A stretch of 63,345 nt of DNA, the filler included, from Rhabdomonas costata (Eukaryota), in NCBI GenBank assembly GCA_019059605.1. It is 47 parts of 47 records of this genome, joined end to end, with 100 filler letters (N's around TTAATTAATTAA, not from the genome) between each part and the next. Parts side by side here need not be neighbours in the genome. Positions count along the whole stretch, not along the records: positions 24,295 to 25,544 come from JAHMHO010021910.1; positions 25,645 to 26,894 come from JAHMHO010021911.1; positions 26,995 to 28,244 come from JAHMHO010021912.1; positions 28,345 to 29,594 come from JAHMHO010021913.1; positions 29,695 to 30,944 come from JAHMHO010021914.1; positions 31,045 to 32,294 come from JAHMHO010021915.1; positions 32,395 to 33,644 come from JAHMHO010021916.1; positions 33,745 to 34,994 come from JAHMHO010021917.1; 39 more parts are not named here. One strand, written 5' to 3'. The position numbers and the translations under genes were made by a program. Shown here piece by piece: positions 24,815 through 37,603 of the stretch; the first letter of the stretch is position 1; every line of letters starts with the position of its first letter. A model generated the notes under the pieces. It saw only the letters and a program-made list of their open reading frames with translations, had not been told where the DNA came from and did not search any database.

Positions 24815-27009
24815 GACCCTCCGCCCCCCTTCGGATGTGGTCTCAAGGCTTCCCTCTCCGGGGAGCAGAGCCTTTTTCCGGTCACTCGCTGTACCTTTGC
24901 AGTCAGCCAGTCACCTAGAGGGGGGCTCCTGCAGCTCAGACCCCTCTCTGGGGGGCCGGTCACGCGTGTAGACACCGTTTATCTTCCTCTGCCTCTTCCT
25001 TTTCCTCGTTTTTGGTTTGCGCTGCCTTCCTTTTTTGACGTGGTTTACTCGCTGTGTACATATGTTGAAGAGTGTGCTCCTGGGGGAGGGGGCCTCTGCA
25101 CCACATCTTTGTGTGGCGAGGCCGTCTTTGCAGCAAACCCCACCTTTCCTCGTCGTTTGTCTGAAAGAGAACAACGGGCGGCCTTTGTGTGGCAGGCTGC
25201 TTGTGCCTTGGGCACAAACTGGTGCCTTGGGCGCGAAGTAGGCTCGGAGAAGTGCTTCTATTTCCCTCTTCCCGTTGTGGGTTGCGGCTGCCGGCAGCGC
25301 ATTCGCAGGCCCAGGAAGGGCACCGCTCTTTCTTCAAAATGGCGTCTGGTGTGGCTCTTCTTCTTGTTATTGCAGCTGGCACAGCTGCCTATCGGTCCCT
25401 TGTCTTCACCTTGAAAAAACGAAGCGATGATTTTGCACTCCGCCAATCAAACCAGAGCAGAAGGCGACCAAAGGTTTTTCGCCAGCCTCCTATGAGTAAC
25501 ACTCTCCTGATTTATCAACCCCACAAACCCAAACACACCCACACNNNNNNNNNNNNNNNNNNNNNNNNNNNNNNNNNNNNNNNNNNNNTTAATTAATTAA
25601 NNNNNNNNNNNNNNNNNNNNNNNNNNNNNNNNNNNNNNNNNNNNGGGGGTGTTGTAATGTTGTGAGATTGCCATACCGAGGCGCATATCTTGCTTCAAAC
25701 CTGCCCGCGCACACAAGAAAACATACAAACGTACACGCACATACGCACAGCGTGCACCGCACACACGATATAAAGGATGCACTTTGGTATGGGGGAAGTG
25801 GGTCTGTGAATTTTAACTTTCAAAGAGCGAACGCGCCATGACTGCTGGCACTGCGCAGAAGGACCAGGACCGGGATGTCTGTATCAGCCATCGCGCTATG
25901 CACACAGAGAGAGGTCCTCTCTACCTCGAGCCAAACACATTCCAGTTTTTCTCTTTCCCTCTCTCTTCAGTTTTACGCGGCTTTGGTGCTCGATGTAACT
26001 GATTCATAAGTGTTGTGCTATCTTACCTTCGGGGACATAAATCCAGTGCATTCTCTTGCTGCCGTGGATGTGCTTCAGATTGGGCGGTCACTGCTGAAGA
26101 GGATCATTTTAGTTTCCATTCCCGAAGATTTTGGGACATATTCAGACATACAGCTGTTATAAAGGTTGGCCTTTCTCGTTGGAGGTTTCTTTCTTCCTTC
26201 GCTCGACAGTTAAGGTTCGGATGCAGACCTCGCCCCACGGCACCTTCAAAGGTACGGCGTTGTTGTTTTTTCTTCATTATTTCCTTGCTTTTCTTTTTGG
26301 TTTTTAAGTTATTTGTAGTGCTGATATGGGATTTTACTGTGCACCAAAATGATGGTGTCATGGGATCGTGCATAAAAGGCACGAGCATAATGCTCTTATG
26401 TTTTTGTTCGTTTGCATTACTTGTCGTCACTTGGCCTCGGAACTGGGCCGGAACCGATGTGCACCTCAATCGTAAACATCATTGTCGGTCTGGACGATAG
26501 CGAAAGTTTTGTTGTGTCAAAACCCGCAGTCCTTGCGGGTGAAGAAGGAGGTTCTTCGGAGCGGCCCACCCACCTATCCCCCCCCCACTCGCCTCGCTTC
26601 ACACACAGCAACATCACCACACTTCAACGCATGGCATCTGTAGTCTCGCCGTGCTTCCCAGCTTCGAAACTTCGTGTACGTTTGCCCCTGCCTTTCTCGC
26701 CCCCATCGACCTCCCTATTTCTTGTCTTTCACCTTTTTTTGTGTTCTCTCTTCTCGCCTTTCGTACCTTTGATTTTTACCCCCACACACACGCACACTGG
26801 TCCTTGGCTACTTTTGTGCCATGCCAGCGACCGTACAGCCCGAGCCCCCTGTGGTCTTCGACCCCGCGATCACAAAGTTGGACCCCACCACACANNNNNN
26901 NNNNNNNNNNNNNNNNNNNNNNNNNNNNNNNNNNNNNNTTAATTAATTAANNNNNNNNNNNNNNNNNNNNNNNNNNNNNNNNNNNNNNNNNNNNGTTGGG
27001 GAGCTCCGA

Positions 27010-27808
27010 TGATACCCCCTCCCCGCGCCGCGTACGGGCCTTCTGCTGAGGCGTGAGGTGCCAGGTTTTCTGAGGCTTGGCGGAGATCTCGTCGAAGTAC
27101 TTAACGATGTTGGCCGTGCGGCTGACCTCGAGCTCCAGCCGGGCCACCTCTGCAGCGCTCTGATGGAGTTGTTTGTTGTTTTGTGTTACTTCTTGCTCAA
27201 CCCACGTTTTGACGCTTTCTTGTGGGGGTGGGAGTGGGAGTGAGATCCATCCAAAGCTGGACGGGTCCCGGTGCCTCAAAAATAGTGCGTTGGGGCTGAG
27301 GTATGTTACCCAAAGGACTCTGATTATTTTCTTAGGATTTTGGATATCTTGAAATGCTTATAACAGAAACAAGCAGAAAACTGAATCACCTTTCTTTCAG
27401 TATGGTACTTTTGCCCCGCCCCCCTCCTTTTTTTGCGCTTCACAACTGGCGCACACATTGAAGTTATCCTTTTTCACAGGAGAAAAAATCTCTCACTTGT
27501 GTTTCAAAAGTGGATTAAAAAGAAACGTATGTGAATTAATTATTTGGGAGGTGGGAGGAGGGGTGGGATGTAGGCCCCACCTCTTCATCGCGGAGGGTGT
27601 CTCGGACGGCGCCGTTGACGCCCTGCACGCGGGTCAGCCACTGCTGGACCTCCTCCTTGTTCAAAAGGCGCTTCTTCACCGTAGAGTTCGGGCCAAAAGT
27701 GGGGAGCACAGCCTTGCCGGAGAGTGGGGCGTTATTGATCCGGGCCAGCTTGACAATCTGGGTGAGCAGGTGGCGGTCGTCGTCGTTCTCGTCCGCCACG
27801 AAGGACAC
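27010..27808 (-). CDS. Hypothetical protein, at least two exons (27808-27581 and about 27218-27010)
   Basis: GC3-rich segments VSFVADENDDDRHLLTQIVKL...TLRDEE|gtgggg and SVKTWVEQEVTQNNKQLHQSAAEVARLELEV... The acceptor phase is unresolved. Confidence 0.55.
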
Positions 27809-29197
27809 CTGAGTGTTGGTGTGTCCTGGGTCGTGCGACAGGGTGATGTGACCACAGATGGCTTGCCGCAGGTGCGGTATTTACTCGACCAGTCTCATTC
27901 GGTAAGAAAGAAATATATCGAGAGAGCGCGTGTGAGGGTATCGAGATAAGAGTGATATGATGACGCTCAAGCATACGCTCAAGGCTTTGCGAAAACAAAG
28001 GACCTGTTTGTGATCACATGCCAATACACAGATGCCCTTCCACGATCCAGTTATCGGAGAAATTATCTCCAATCGAAGATCCGTCATTGGACCGAGGTGA
28101 TGGCGAGGAGAGAGGTGTGGGGATGAAGACATACGGCGACGCCCTTAGCGCCCATCCGAGCGGTTCTCCCCACGCGGTGAATGTACCTGCGCATCATGCC
28201 GAAGTCATCACGCCCCCCCCCCACAGACCACACGCACAAACAAANNNNNNNNNNNNNNNNNNNNNNNNNNNNNNNNNNNNNNNNNNNNTTAATTAATTAA
28301 NNNNNNNNNNNNNNNNNNNNNNNNNNNNNNNNNNNNNNNNNNNNGGGGGTGTGTGACAATCGTGCACACCCTTTGCACAAGAGACCATTTGTGCAAACGA
28401 GTGCAGACGACGTCGATTCAGAAAGGGACGTGGTTATCCAAATCACACTCACCCGCATCCATACCCAATGAAGAACATCGCAGACATCTCTTTAGGATTC
28501 ATTCCGATCCAACATTTCGGAATTCAATCGTCGCATTATGTTTATATGCGATTCATCATCCTTAAACACTGCTTCCCCAAAGGCTTACATAATGCAGTGA
28601 GTGTAACATACAAAATAGGGTTGCGGTGGACCCCAGCGCACCCGAATGCGGGAATGTGTGAGTGCGGGGGCTAAAATCAGAAAATACTGGAAATATGGTC
28701 TGAAAGCTTGAGTTTAAGCACTGATCCAAAGGATACCACCCGGAGCCAACACATGCCCGACTTTTGTGAAACCGATTTTCAAAATATTCATTTCTTTCTC
28801 TCGCCACCCTTCTTTCTCAACCAGTTTGTTCTTTGTCTTTTCATTTCTCTTGATTCCTCATCTATATTGAGATTTGGTGTTTGGCCTGTTGTCTGGTGAG
28901 CCGGCACTCCACGTCTCACAACAGAGCTATAGGACCCTCCGTGCGAGCACCCAGGCTGCGCGCGTCTTAGGTTAGGGGCAGCTTTTCTTTTCTTTCCATC
29001 ATCGCTCATCGCTCTCCTTCGCGTGCGTGTGTCTTTTCTGTCTTTACATCGCACATACACAAACACGAACAAACAGACACAAATGTCCCTAAGTCAAAGA
29101 ATAAAATACTACTCCACAGGGGACATGAGGACCACCTGGAAATAGTCAGCCCGTACCTCAATTGGAGGTATGCTTGTGATTTGTGTGTATTAGGGAC

Positions 29198-29455
29198 CTT
29201 GTCCCCGACGTCGGTATCCGGGTCGATTGCCTCCAGGATGGGCCCCGGGTGATCCGGATTCACCACACACTCGGGGTACCTCTTCTCTTGGCGGTTGCGG
29301 ATTCTGAAGGCAGGGGAGCTGCTCCGGAACTCGATGCTGCGGTAGAACACCCCGCTGTCCTCGCTCGGGTAGGAGGAAGCCGCCGAGGCAGCGGCGGTGG
29401 TGGCGGCCTTCCAGAAGCTGCCCCAGTACTGCGCCGCAGTGAAGCGGGGCTTCTT
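29198..29455 (-). CDS. Hypothetical protein, internal exon
   Basis: ctgcag|KKPRFTAAQYWGSFWK...RYPECVVNPDHPGPILEAIDPDTDVGDK|gtccct, 258 nt, GC3-rich. Confidence 0.6.
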
Positions 29456-29694
29456 CTGCAGGCAAAAGGTGCGAGGTTTCTTGGGCTGCGCAGAGGGGGT
29501 AACCAGGGTGGCCATTCTCCCGAAGAAACGGCGGGGAGAAAGTCTCTCCCCACTTTCTGTCTCTTCAACTGTGTGACTATGGCAACAACAACAANNNNNN
29601 NNNNNNNNNNNNNNNNNNNNNNNNNNNNNNNNNNNNNNTTAATTAATTAANNNNNNNNNNNNNNNNNNNNNNNNNNNNNNNNNNNNNNNNNNNN

Positions 29695-29853
29695 TTTGTG
29701 TGTTACGCTACTCCGTGGGGCCTTGTGATGTGGGGCCTGTGAATTCAGCGCTGTGGCCAGCTACGCTTTGTTGGCTGTGGGAGCCACATTCTTCTCGCAC
29801 ATCATCTAAAGGCCCCGCAACACAAGGCCCCACGGAGTAGCGTAACACACAAA
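29695..29853. repeat. Inverted repeat: 44-bp arms (2 mismatches), 71-nt loop
   Basis: 29695-29738 is the near-perfect reverse complement of 29810-29853. Confidence 0.9.
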
Positions 29854-29961
29854 GTACATGTCATCTCCGCAGTCATCATCCTCATCAGCAGCAGTGGCCA
29901 CTCACGGAAGAATTCTTCAGAGAAGGCCAGCGGTGTGAGGGAGTCATGTTCGATCATAGAA

Positions 29962-30772
29962 TCATAGGTCTACGAAGGTTGCCGCCCACTGGGGGTCGTC
30001 GCAGGGTGCCCCGGTCAGAGCGGGGATCACGGCAAGGTCCGGTACGGCGGTGAAAAAGTCCTCCTGGAACTGAGGGCGGAAGAAGGGGTGCTCGTTGACT
30101 TCCAGCAGGTACCATGGGCCCTCGCCCTGTGGACAGACCAGCACCAAGAAAGGGAACCGTTTCTTTGTGCTTTGTTCCGGAACAACGGTAGGCCTCCTCT
30201 CCCTCCCCACACACACTCATGGCCACGTTCAAAACGAACGCTGTCCTTGCCGCTGCGGGGAGATTAGTGGAAGCGTTGCAATTGAATCGCCAAGGTCAGA
30301 CTAAATTGAACATTCTTTGAGCATAAAAATTCAGAGTTTTTACGATTTGTTGCTTATGTACAAAGCAAACAAAAAAATCGGCACAGTTGCGATAAAGACA
30401 CAGACTGACACAAAAGAGACAAACAAAAGAAAGCGTGAACGTCATTAGCGACGTGTAAAAGTGTCGAGCAAAAAAGATTATTGACCATACTTGACAGCGA
30501 AAACGGAGAACATGCTTGCTTTCTTAAATAAAGGTGAGTTTGTTTGTTCGTGTTTTCTTTTGTGTAATTTGCGCGGTGACAAGACGGTTGAAGAAACACT
30601 CACACACATGCATAAATAAAAGGCAGGGGTTGACCTCGGAGCTGCGGATGAGGTCCAGCCCCAGGTAGGCGTAGCCCCGGCCCTCCTCGCAGGGCATTAC
30701 CCGAAGAGCCTCTGCGATGACCTTCAGGGCATCGATCAGTGCTCCCGACGAGTTAGAGGCCAGCGAGGTGCC
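29962..30772 (-). CDS. Tubulin-tyrosine ligase-like ATP-grasp protein, last two exons (30772-30635, 30126-29962)
   Basis: Spliced ...GRGYAYLGLDLIRSSE|GEGPWYLLEVNEHPFF...DL*. It has the LG.D and LLEVN..P motifs of TTL/ATP-grasp enzymes. Confidence 0.75.
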
Positions 30773-31121
30773 CTGTTTGCAACGAGGGGAGGGGTGAGAG
30801 AGCGCCTACCGATGTGAAAGGGCCGCAAACGCAGAAACACTCTCTGAATGGCTTCGGGTCTGAGGTTCATTCGACCAATCATCCAAAAAAAAAGATTTGT
30901 GCACCTGTTTCGGGAGAGGGGCGACCATGCTGTACAAACAACCCNNNNNNNNNNNNNNNNNNNNNNNNNNNNNNNNNNNNNNNNNNNNTTAATTAATTAA
31001 NNNNNNNNNNNNNNNNNNNNNNNNNNNNNNNNNNNNNNNNNNNNGTGTGTGGTTGTGGTTTTTTAGTTTCAGTATGTTGTTGGTTTTGTTAGCTTAGTAG
31101 TATTTCTCTATTTTTTTTCAG

Positions 31122-31226
31122 GGGCTGAACGCGCTGTTCCAGGACATCCTCGCCAACTTCTTCCAAAGCGACGTGGACATGTTCCTGGAGGCGGACAACC
31201 TGGACCCTAGGCGGAGCTTCAAGGGG
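31122..31226 (+). CDS. Hypothetical protein, internal exon with probable GC donor
   Basis: Poly-T tract and cag|GLNALFQDILANFFQSDVDMFLEADNLDPRRSFKG|gcgggg. Confidence 0.55.
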
Positions 31227-32480
31227 GCGGGGCGGCCTTGGCAAAACCAAATTCGCATCCAAACCACCTTCTGCTTTGTGTTGCTGTTTGACAATTCAAA
31301 AGAGAAAATGAAGGGTTCGCGAGGAAAAGCGGTCTTTTGGTCACGTTCACCATTCGTTGCTTGATTAGAGCCATCGACGAGCCAGTCAGAACCGAAGCCA
31401 ACAAATCTTACTGGAGAGTGCTTAGGCAGCACAATGAACACGGAGAAGAAAGAGCACTCGAGAATCACCATTTCTCCGAAGTGATCCCCTCACTGGCGTT
31501 TGTTTCCTGTGCTTTGTACGACACGCTTGTCGTTGAATAGCCGTGAGCTGTGTGAATTATGAAAACTTAATGAGGGGGGAATGCTGGGGCGTTCATCACC
31601 TTGAATTAGCGAGAAAATAATCATGAAAGTCATGCAGTCGCGCTTTCATCTCAATTGTGAGCAAAAGTCTCTCCAAAATGAGTAGAGGCACGCCGGAAAA
31701 AAATGCCGCCACAAGTTTCTACCCTTTCAGAAATACTCAATGGCAACTTTTTTGGAAGGCTGTTGCACCATGGACAAACTGCTGCGGACGTCTGAAAACG
31801 CAGGTTTTGTTTTATATAGCAGCACTACCACTGTTTAGAGAACAGCGCACAACAGTAGCGGGAAGAGACCCCATTCCCCACGAGGTCGAGGTCTCCTTCG
31901 TACCCGAACTGCGGGAAGGTCACCTTGCTCAGTATTTCTTTATAGAAGCGGTCCAGGCTGCCGCAGGTCGCTTTTGGGTGCTGGGCGAAATTCAGACTGA
32001 TACAGTGTGTGTCTGGCTGTTGGAACTTGAAATGAGCCTAATCAAACTTAGACGCAACAAAAGAAGAGAGTTCAGCTAAGCTGTCCTACAAACAAAAAAA
32101 GGGAACCTCTCAACTTTACCCACCGGTCGTATGGTCCCAGCCCTTGGGCTGAGCTGACCCCCGCCGACTTTCGAGCGGGCCTGCGCTGGATCCTTGGCAT
32201 TCCACTTCGAGGAGGCGACTATAGGTGCCCCACGTGCCATGCTCTGGGGGATGCCGCGGGTCAGCATGCGGTTGTGTGCCTCGGTTCTGGAGCGNNNNNN
32301 NNNNNNNNNNNNNNNNNNNNNNNNNNNNNNNNNNNNNNTTAATTAATTAANNNNNNNNNNNNNNNNNNNNNNNNNNNNNNNNNNNNNNNNNNNNTTTTGG
32401 AAGGGTGAGGTACCACTATACTGACCCGCGACGCAAAAGAAACGACGACCCCAAAGCAATCAAACCACCCCGAATCCCAC

Positions 32481-32645
32481 CTGGTGCCGGATCACGTTGA
32501 TGGCCTTCGGGTCGGCCGGGCGCTCCGGGTGGGTCCGGTTGTGCTCCTGTACGATCTTCACCACCATCTTCTCGCACAGCTGCTGCCGCCGCTCCGCCGA
32601 CTTCCCCGGCGAAGGCGCCGTGGGGGTAGGGGTGTACACGCTCAT
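32481..32645 (-). CDS. Hypothetical protein exon
   Basis: MSVYTPTPTAPSPGKSAERRQQLCEKMVVKIVQEHNRTHPERPADPKAINVIRHQ|gtggga, GC3-rich. Confidence 0.5.
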
Positions 32646-33837
32646 CCTCTCAGCGTCGCAGAGATAGTCGCAGGACGGAAAATGACAGCAGACTGGGTGG
32701 TGGGGAGAGAGATAGAGTACTTTCGACGCACTGATGTGTGAAACGCTCAGAGAGAAACACAACGAAACAACAGACAAGACAGGCAGAAAAAGCAATTGAG
32801 CTGGCAGTTAAGGCGACGAGAAGCCAGGGGCGGAGGGAGAGAAGGATTTCATGATATGCGCGATCTGGGAGAGGGTCTAGACCTCGATGCTCAGAAGGTT
32901 ACCTCGGATGCAATACGTTGTTGAATGTCTATCGCACCAAGACCGCCCGCAAAACCATCGACTGGAATATCAAACGTTTCCCTGCACCCCCTCCTCCCCT
33001 CTTCGCGAAACTTCTATTGCAATCCCAGGAAGGTGTGCAATCGAACTCCAAACCCATAGGTATGATCTGACACAAAACGAACGCAACTAAAACGTGTCAT
33101 CAATGGGCACCCGCATCAAATGCGTAGTTGGTGCATGGAAATTTCACGCGTAATGTTCACCGGGGTCCCAGAAGCTTGCAGAGTGTGGGTTTTCGCAATC
33201 GCCCCAGTGGGCTGACTTGACATCGGAGAAATTCAAGCGACAGTCTCTGGGCCTCAAGGCTTTCAATGTTTCATTGAACCGAGGTGGACAGGCAAGTTAG
33301 CGGGGAGACGGGATGGATCGGCGCAACAGAAGAAAACGTGGTGCGTGTAAATGTGAGTGTGCGTGGAGTGACGTTTGAGTTCTCAGGCTCTGGCTTCCTT
33401 TCATTTTCTTTTTCCTCCCACGATGCAAGACAACCACCTCAACAAAAAGAGGGATACCGAACCCTACAAACAGAGAGGGGTCTGAGAGGAGTCTCCACAA
33501 CTAATCAGAGAGGCGATTGGTAACGCCAGCAGACACGGACACACAAGCACGGCGATTGGAGAAAGTAGAGAGCTCGCCGCGTGCCACGTCATGTACTCAC
33601 ACAGCTGGGGGTCCCCCCGGTACCACACCAGTAGCCAAAACACANNNNNNNNNNNNNNNNNNNNNNNNNNNNNNNNNNNNNNNNNNNNTTAATTAATTAA
33701 NNNNNNNNNNNNNNNNNNNNNNNNNNNNNNNNNNNNNNNNNNNNGGGTGGTTGGCACGGAGGGGGGGAATGTTTCCCCTTTTTGCCTGACCATCCCTTTA
33801 AGGATAACCAAGCATCGTTTCTTTTCTAAAACCTCAG

Positions 33838-34537
33838 GGAACCAATGGACCAAGATTGCCTCCTTACTGCCCCTGAAGCGAACCGCCAACGCCACAAAGA
33901 ACCACTGGAACAGCACCTTGCGGCGGCTGGAGCGGATGACTGAGGCCCAGCGCGCACAGGCGGTTGTGGACAACACCTACCGCGACGGCGAGGGCGACGG
34001 GGACGGTGGTGGTGGGGATGGTGAAGGCGAAGCCGAGGATGGGGCTGAGGAGGAGGGCGATGGAGGAGAGCGGGAGTCGAAGAGACCATGCTTGGTGGCG
34101 GTCTTTCATTCTCTCTCATCTTTTTTTCTTTGAATAAGAAGCGCAGCAGTATTATAACTGATATTGCTATGGAGGTGCATCACGCACCCGATTCAGGTTG
34201 TGGCGAAATTTTCGATCTGGTATTTTCGGTCATCCAGATTTTTTCTACGCTCCGACGGCCAGTTTAATTCTGGTTTGGTTTGGTTGGATTGTGCATCCAA
34301 GAATGGGCTTGGGCCCAGATCGGTGGATGGGATTCTGTCATTGAACTTTTTCCGATGAAAATTGTCCCCCAAAATTGAAAGCCTACTGTCTCATTCGGGT
34401 TTCCTGTGTTATGGCGATTGCCCCGTTCTGTTCTGGCGGATACAGGAAAAGAGCTTACCGTTGCCGTCCCCCGAGGCTCCCGGGGCTTCCGGCAACTCCG
34501 GACAGAGCGGGGCAGGCTCAGCCTCCTCGTCCTTGTC

Positions 34538-34573
<36 letters not shown>

Positions 34574-34601
34574 CTCGTCCTCCTCGTCCTCGTCGTCGTA
34601 G
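33838..34601 (+). CDS. Myb-domain transcription factor fragment (exon 33838-34094; possible Ser-rich terminal exon 34446-34601)
   Basis: GNQWTKIASLLPLKRTANATKNHWNSTLRR is a Myb R3-type repeat, followed by an acidic Gly-rich tail. Confidence 0.85.
34523..34598 (+). repeat. TCC/TCG low-complexity trinucleotide run
   Basis: Reads poly-Ser on + and poly-Glu/Asp on -. Confidence 0.85.
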
Positions 34602-35209
34602 CACGGCTCTCCCGTCACGAGCACATACGCTGACAAGCTGTCGGCCGCAACCGCAGCCACAATGGTCACAGGGATCTTGTAGGCCGCACCGCTGCCAGTC
34701 CATCTGATGAGGGAACAAGTCCCAGACGTCCCATCGTTATTCAGGGTGCGCAGCTCGACAGCACTTTGAATTGTCAGAAGATGGAACCTCATTTTGTCAT
34801 GATCTTCTCAGCTCATCCCCATGTTAGTAGGGGTGACTCAAGCTCGGATGATTCCGTCCTGTGTTCGCTGTTTGTGTTACATTACATGATTTTTCACGTT
34901 GACGTCGACCACGGCTTGTGAAAACGCATTTGGTTAACGGGCACGTTTTGCGCAATGCGTTCAAATGCATATCACCATGCTTCAACAGAACCCCNNNNNN
35001 NNNNNNNNNNNNNNNNNNNNNNNNNNNNNNNNNNNNNNTTAATTAATTAANNNNNNNNNNNNNNNNNNNNNNNNNNNNNNNNNNNNNNNNNNNNGTTGCG
35101 GGGCGGCCCCTGCCATAGGAATGGAGATGCGGCCATATATATGTACCCTCCAGCACCACCACCACCTTCCAAATCACACGCACGGGAATTTTCGAGCACA
35201 CATACGCAC

Positions 35210-35934
35210 CCACTCGCGGTTGCGCAGCTCCACCACGTCGGCTAGCAGGGACTCTGTCCGAGTCTTGGCGGGGCCCCCCGCCAGCAGCTGCAGCTTCGCG
35301 AAGTACACGTCGCAGTGCGCTCGGCCGCGGGGATTGCTGTCCAGCTTCTTCCCCATGCTCGTCAGCTGTACACCCACGAAAAGGCATCCCGTAAAGGTAA
35401 AAAGGGAAAAAACGTTAGCAAAAGAAGACAAAATTTCAAGGGGAATTTCTCCATAGTAAAAAATGGAGAGAAAAGAATCAGAAATCTCTGGCACTCCTTT
35501 GCCGGAGGCCACGTTTTGATCCCAGGGTAAGGTCCTTCCCCTGAATTTCCTTCTTGCACTGTAAACTTCCCTTGATCGCTTCTAAAGTCTAGAGGTTCCC
35601 CAAAAAGAGTCAGCATTTGATTCAAAACGACCATAAAATGATGAGAAATAAACCCAAATGGGCCAAAACAGCCCCAAAAAGGCAAAACGGGCAAAAGCAC
35701 ACAAAGAGAGATGTGCGGCTGCACACACACCATCGCGGCAAGTGCCTCGAGGATCTCGCTGCGGTTGGAGTTGAGCATCTGCTGCACCACGCCGTGCATC
35801 ACCCGCTCAGTAAACAAGTCGTGCTTGTACAGCTCCGCGATGAACCGTACGTTGCCCAGGGTCTGTCGCCGGAACCGCTGCTCCTCCAAGGTGGCCCTCT
35901 CGCGCTCCTCCTCGGACATCTTCGACGTGGTAGG
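35210..35934 (-). CDS. eIF4G-type MIF4G domain, two exons (35934-35731, 35365-35210)
   Basis: RRQTLGNVRFIAELYK...EILEALAAM|LTSMGKKLD...DVVELRNREW matches the eIF4G MIF4G motifs GN.RFI.EL.K, G..LD and D..ELR...W. Confidence 0.88.
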
Positions 35935-36442
35935 CTGGGGACGGGTTGGGGGAAGGCAGCGAGGCGCACAGCGGACAGAGAAAGGGGTGAGCCCCCCCCC
36001 CCAGGATAATTGGGGAGCCAATGATAAGAATCAAAGATATTGGCCACGGTATCGAAAGAACCCGGGGCACCTTTTGGGGGTAACCAGCGTAGCCCCCATC
36101 CTCGTAGGCCCCCACAGATTCCAAGACGAAAAAGAAAACGTCTGCGAAGTAGGGGACAAAAAGACGCGCAGCAGCAGTCTGCGAGGAGAGCAAAGGAGGA
36201 AATAGCAAAGGGTACTGGGAAAGCTGAAAGGGGGAGAGCCGGAAAATGGAGAAGATAAAGGGAAGAAGAGAGTTAGTTTTCTCAAAAAAAAAGATTGAAT
36301 GTGTGCGAGTAAGAGAAACGTGAAAGGAATGTAATCCTGAAANNNNNNNNNNNNNNNNNNNNNNNNNNNNNNNNNNNNNNNNNNNNTTAATTAATTAANN
36401 NNNNNNNNNNNNNNNNNNNNNNNNNNNNNNNNNNNNNNNNNN

Positions 36443-37603
36443 GGTTTTTGGTGCTCTTCGTCCTTTGGCTTGAACACCGCAAGATTTACCCCGTCGGTGG
36501 TTCTGAGAAAGTAGGTTCCCCCAACCCCGTCCTCCGTGAGCTCTGCATGAACTTCGTCGCCGTGCTCAACAACTCGGCGGAGAATCCCGGAGATGCCCGC
36601 GCAACTCCGAGAATTCAGGTTTGGGGTCGAGGTCAGGGATTTTGGGCTGCAGACCAGGACCTCTCGCAGCCGCTCACGAAGCCGACGGAGCTCAATGTCC
36701 CCACCCTGCTCTAGGGGACGCCGACAGGCCAGCACCGCAGCCTCGAACTCACTGATTTCAAAGCGGGCGCACCGAATGAAGAACTGCCCCAGCTTCTGCA
36801 GGGAAAGACCTTGCTCGGCCCCTACTTGAAGAGCAATAGTGGCGGCCTGAAGCACAAGTTGAGCGAAGACTCCCAATTCTCTCAACATCCAACAATTCTA
36901 TCGCGTTGACAGGTGACCCTCTCTCCTCTCTGCCCTTTCAGCTTCACCTCACAAAAAAAGACAACGAAAAGCAGTCTGCTTTCACGTGCACCAGATTTGA
37001 ATGAAACGCAATGCGAAAAGCAATGCTCACACCTGCATTAGCTCAATGCTGGCCTCGTCGATATGCAGTTCTCTCAGCGTTTCAGCATCGTCCTTGGGGG
37101 AAAGGCTGGCAATGTAAGCTACCTCTCCAGAAGAGAAGGGTTCTGCGGCCTGAGGCCACTCCACCCAGGGAAACCGCACATCTCCCGCGCTTGTCGGGAG
37201 GGTGAGGCCGTGCCCGATCGGGACAAGGTGAGCTGCACCTCGCCTAAGATCGCGGCGAACCAGAAGCGTGCTGAGCTGCCGATCGCAGTTCAGCAGGCGG
37301 ATGTCCAGGATGCCGATTCGGTGGACGTCCTCCACGGAAAAGCTGCTGATGCTGGCCTCGGTGGCTGCAGGGCACTTGGCGCCTTGGCGTGTGGTGACGT
37401 ACTTTTGCAAGCTGCCCAGCTTGCAGCCGTTGACAGGGTCCCGGCGCACGAAGAGCCGGTTGGGTAGCCTCATTTCAACCGTTTCGGGAACGCCCGCGAA
37501 ACGGTCGTGATCCATCCGATAAGCGGCTATTTCCCTGCGCCAACACTCTCCAGGCTTAATGCTTCCGGGCACATCAGCGATAGGGCTGAGGACCGAGGAT
37601 CCC
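36443..37603 (-). CDS. Type II phosphatidylinositol 4-kinase-like protein with tandem domains, two exons (37603-37033, 36846-36443)
   Basis: REIAAYRMDH..FAGVPET, GSLQKYV, VHRIGILDIRLLNCDR and W.EWPQA..PFS are present, followed by a second N-lobe GVGGTYFL...AVFKPKDEE. Confidence 0.88.

Noticed and set aside
34409..34792. Acidic poly-E/D ORF on the minus strand overlapping the Myb gene
   Set aside because: It is the antisense reading of a TCC/TCG run, and the + strand exon is phase-compatible with Myb. Not fully excluded, since a gtaagc donor-like site exists.
35587..35616. MLTLFGEPLD in the eIF4G intron resembling the next exon (LTSMGKKLD), as an alternative exon
   Set aside because: There is no AG acceptor directly upstream, codons are AT-rich, and similarity is limited to 5 residues, so chance is likely.
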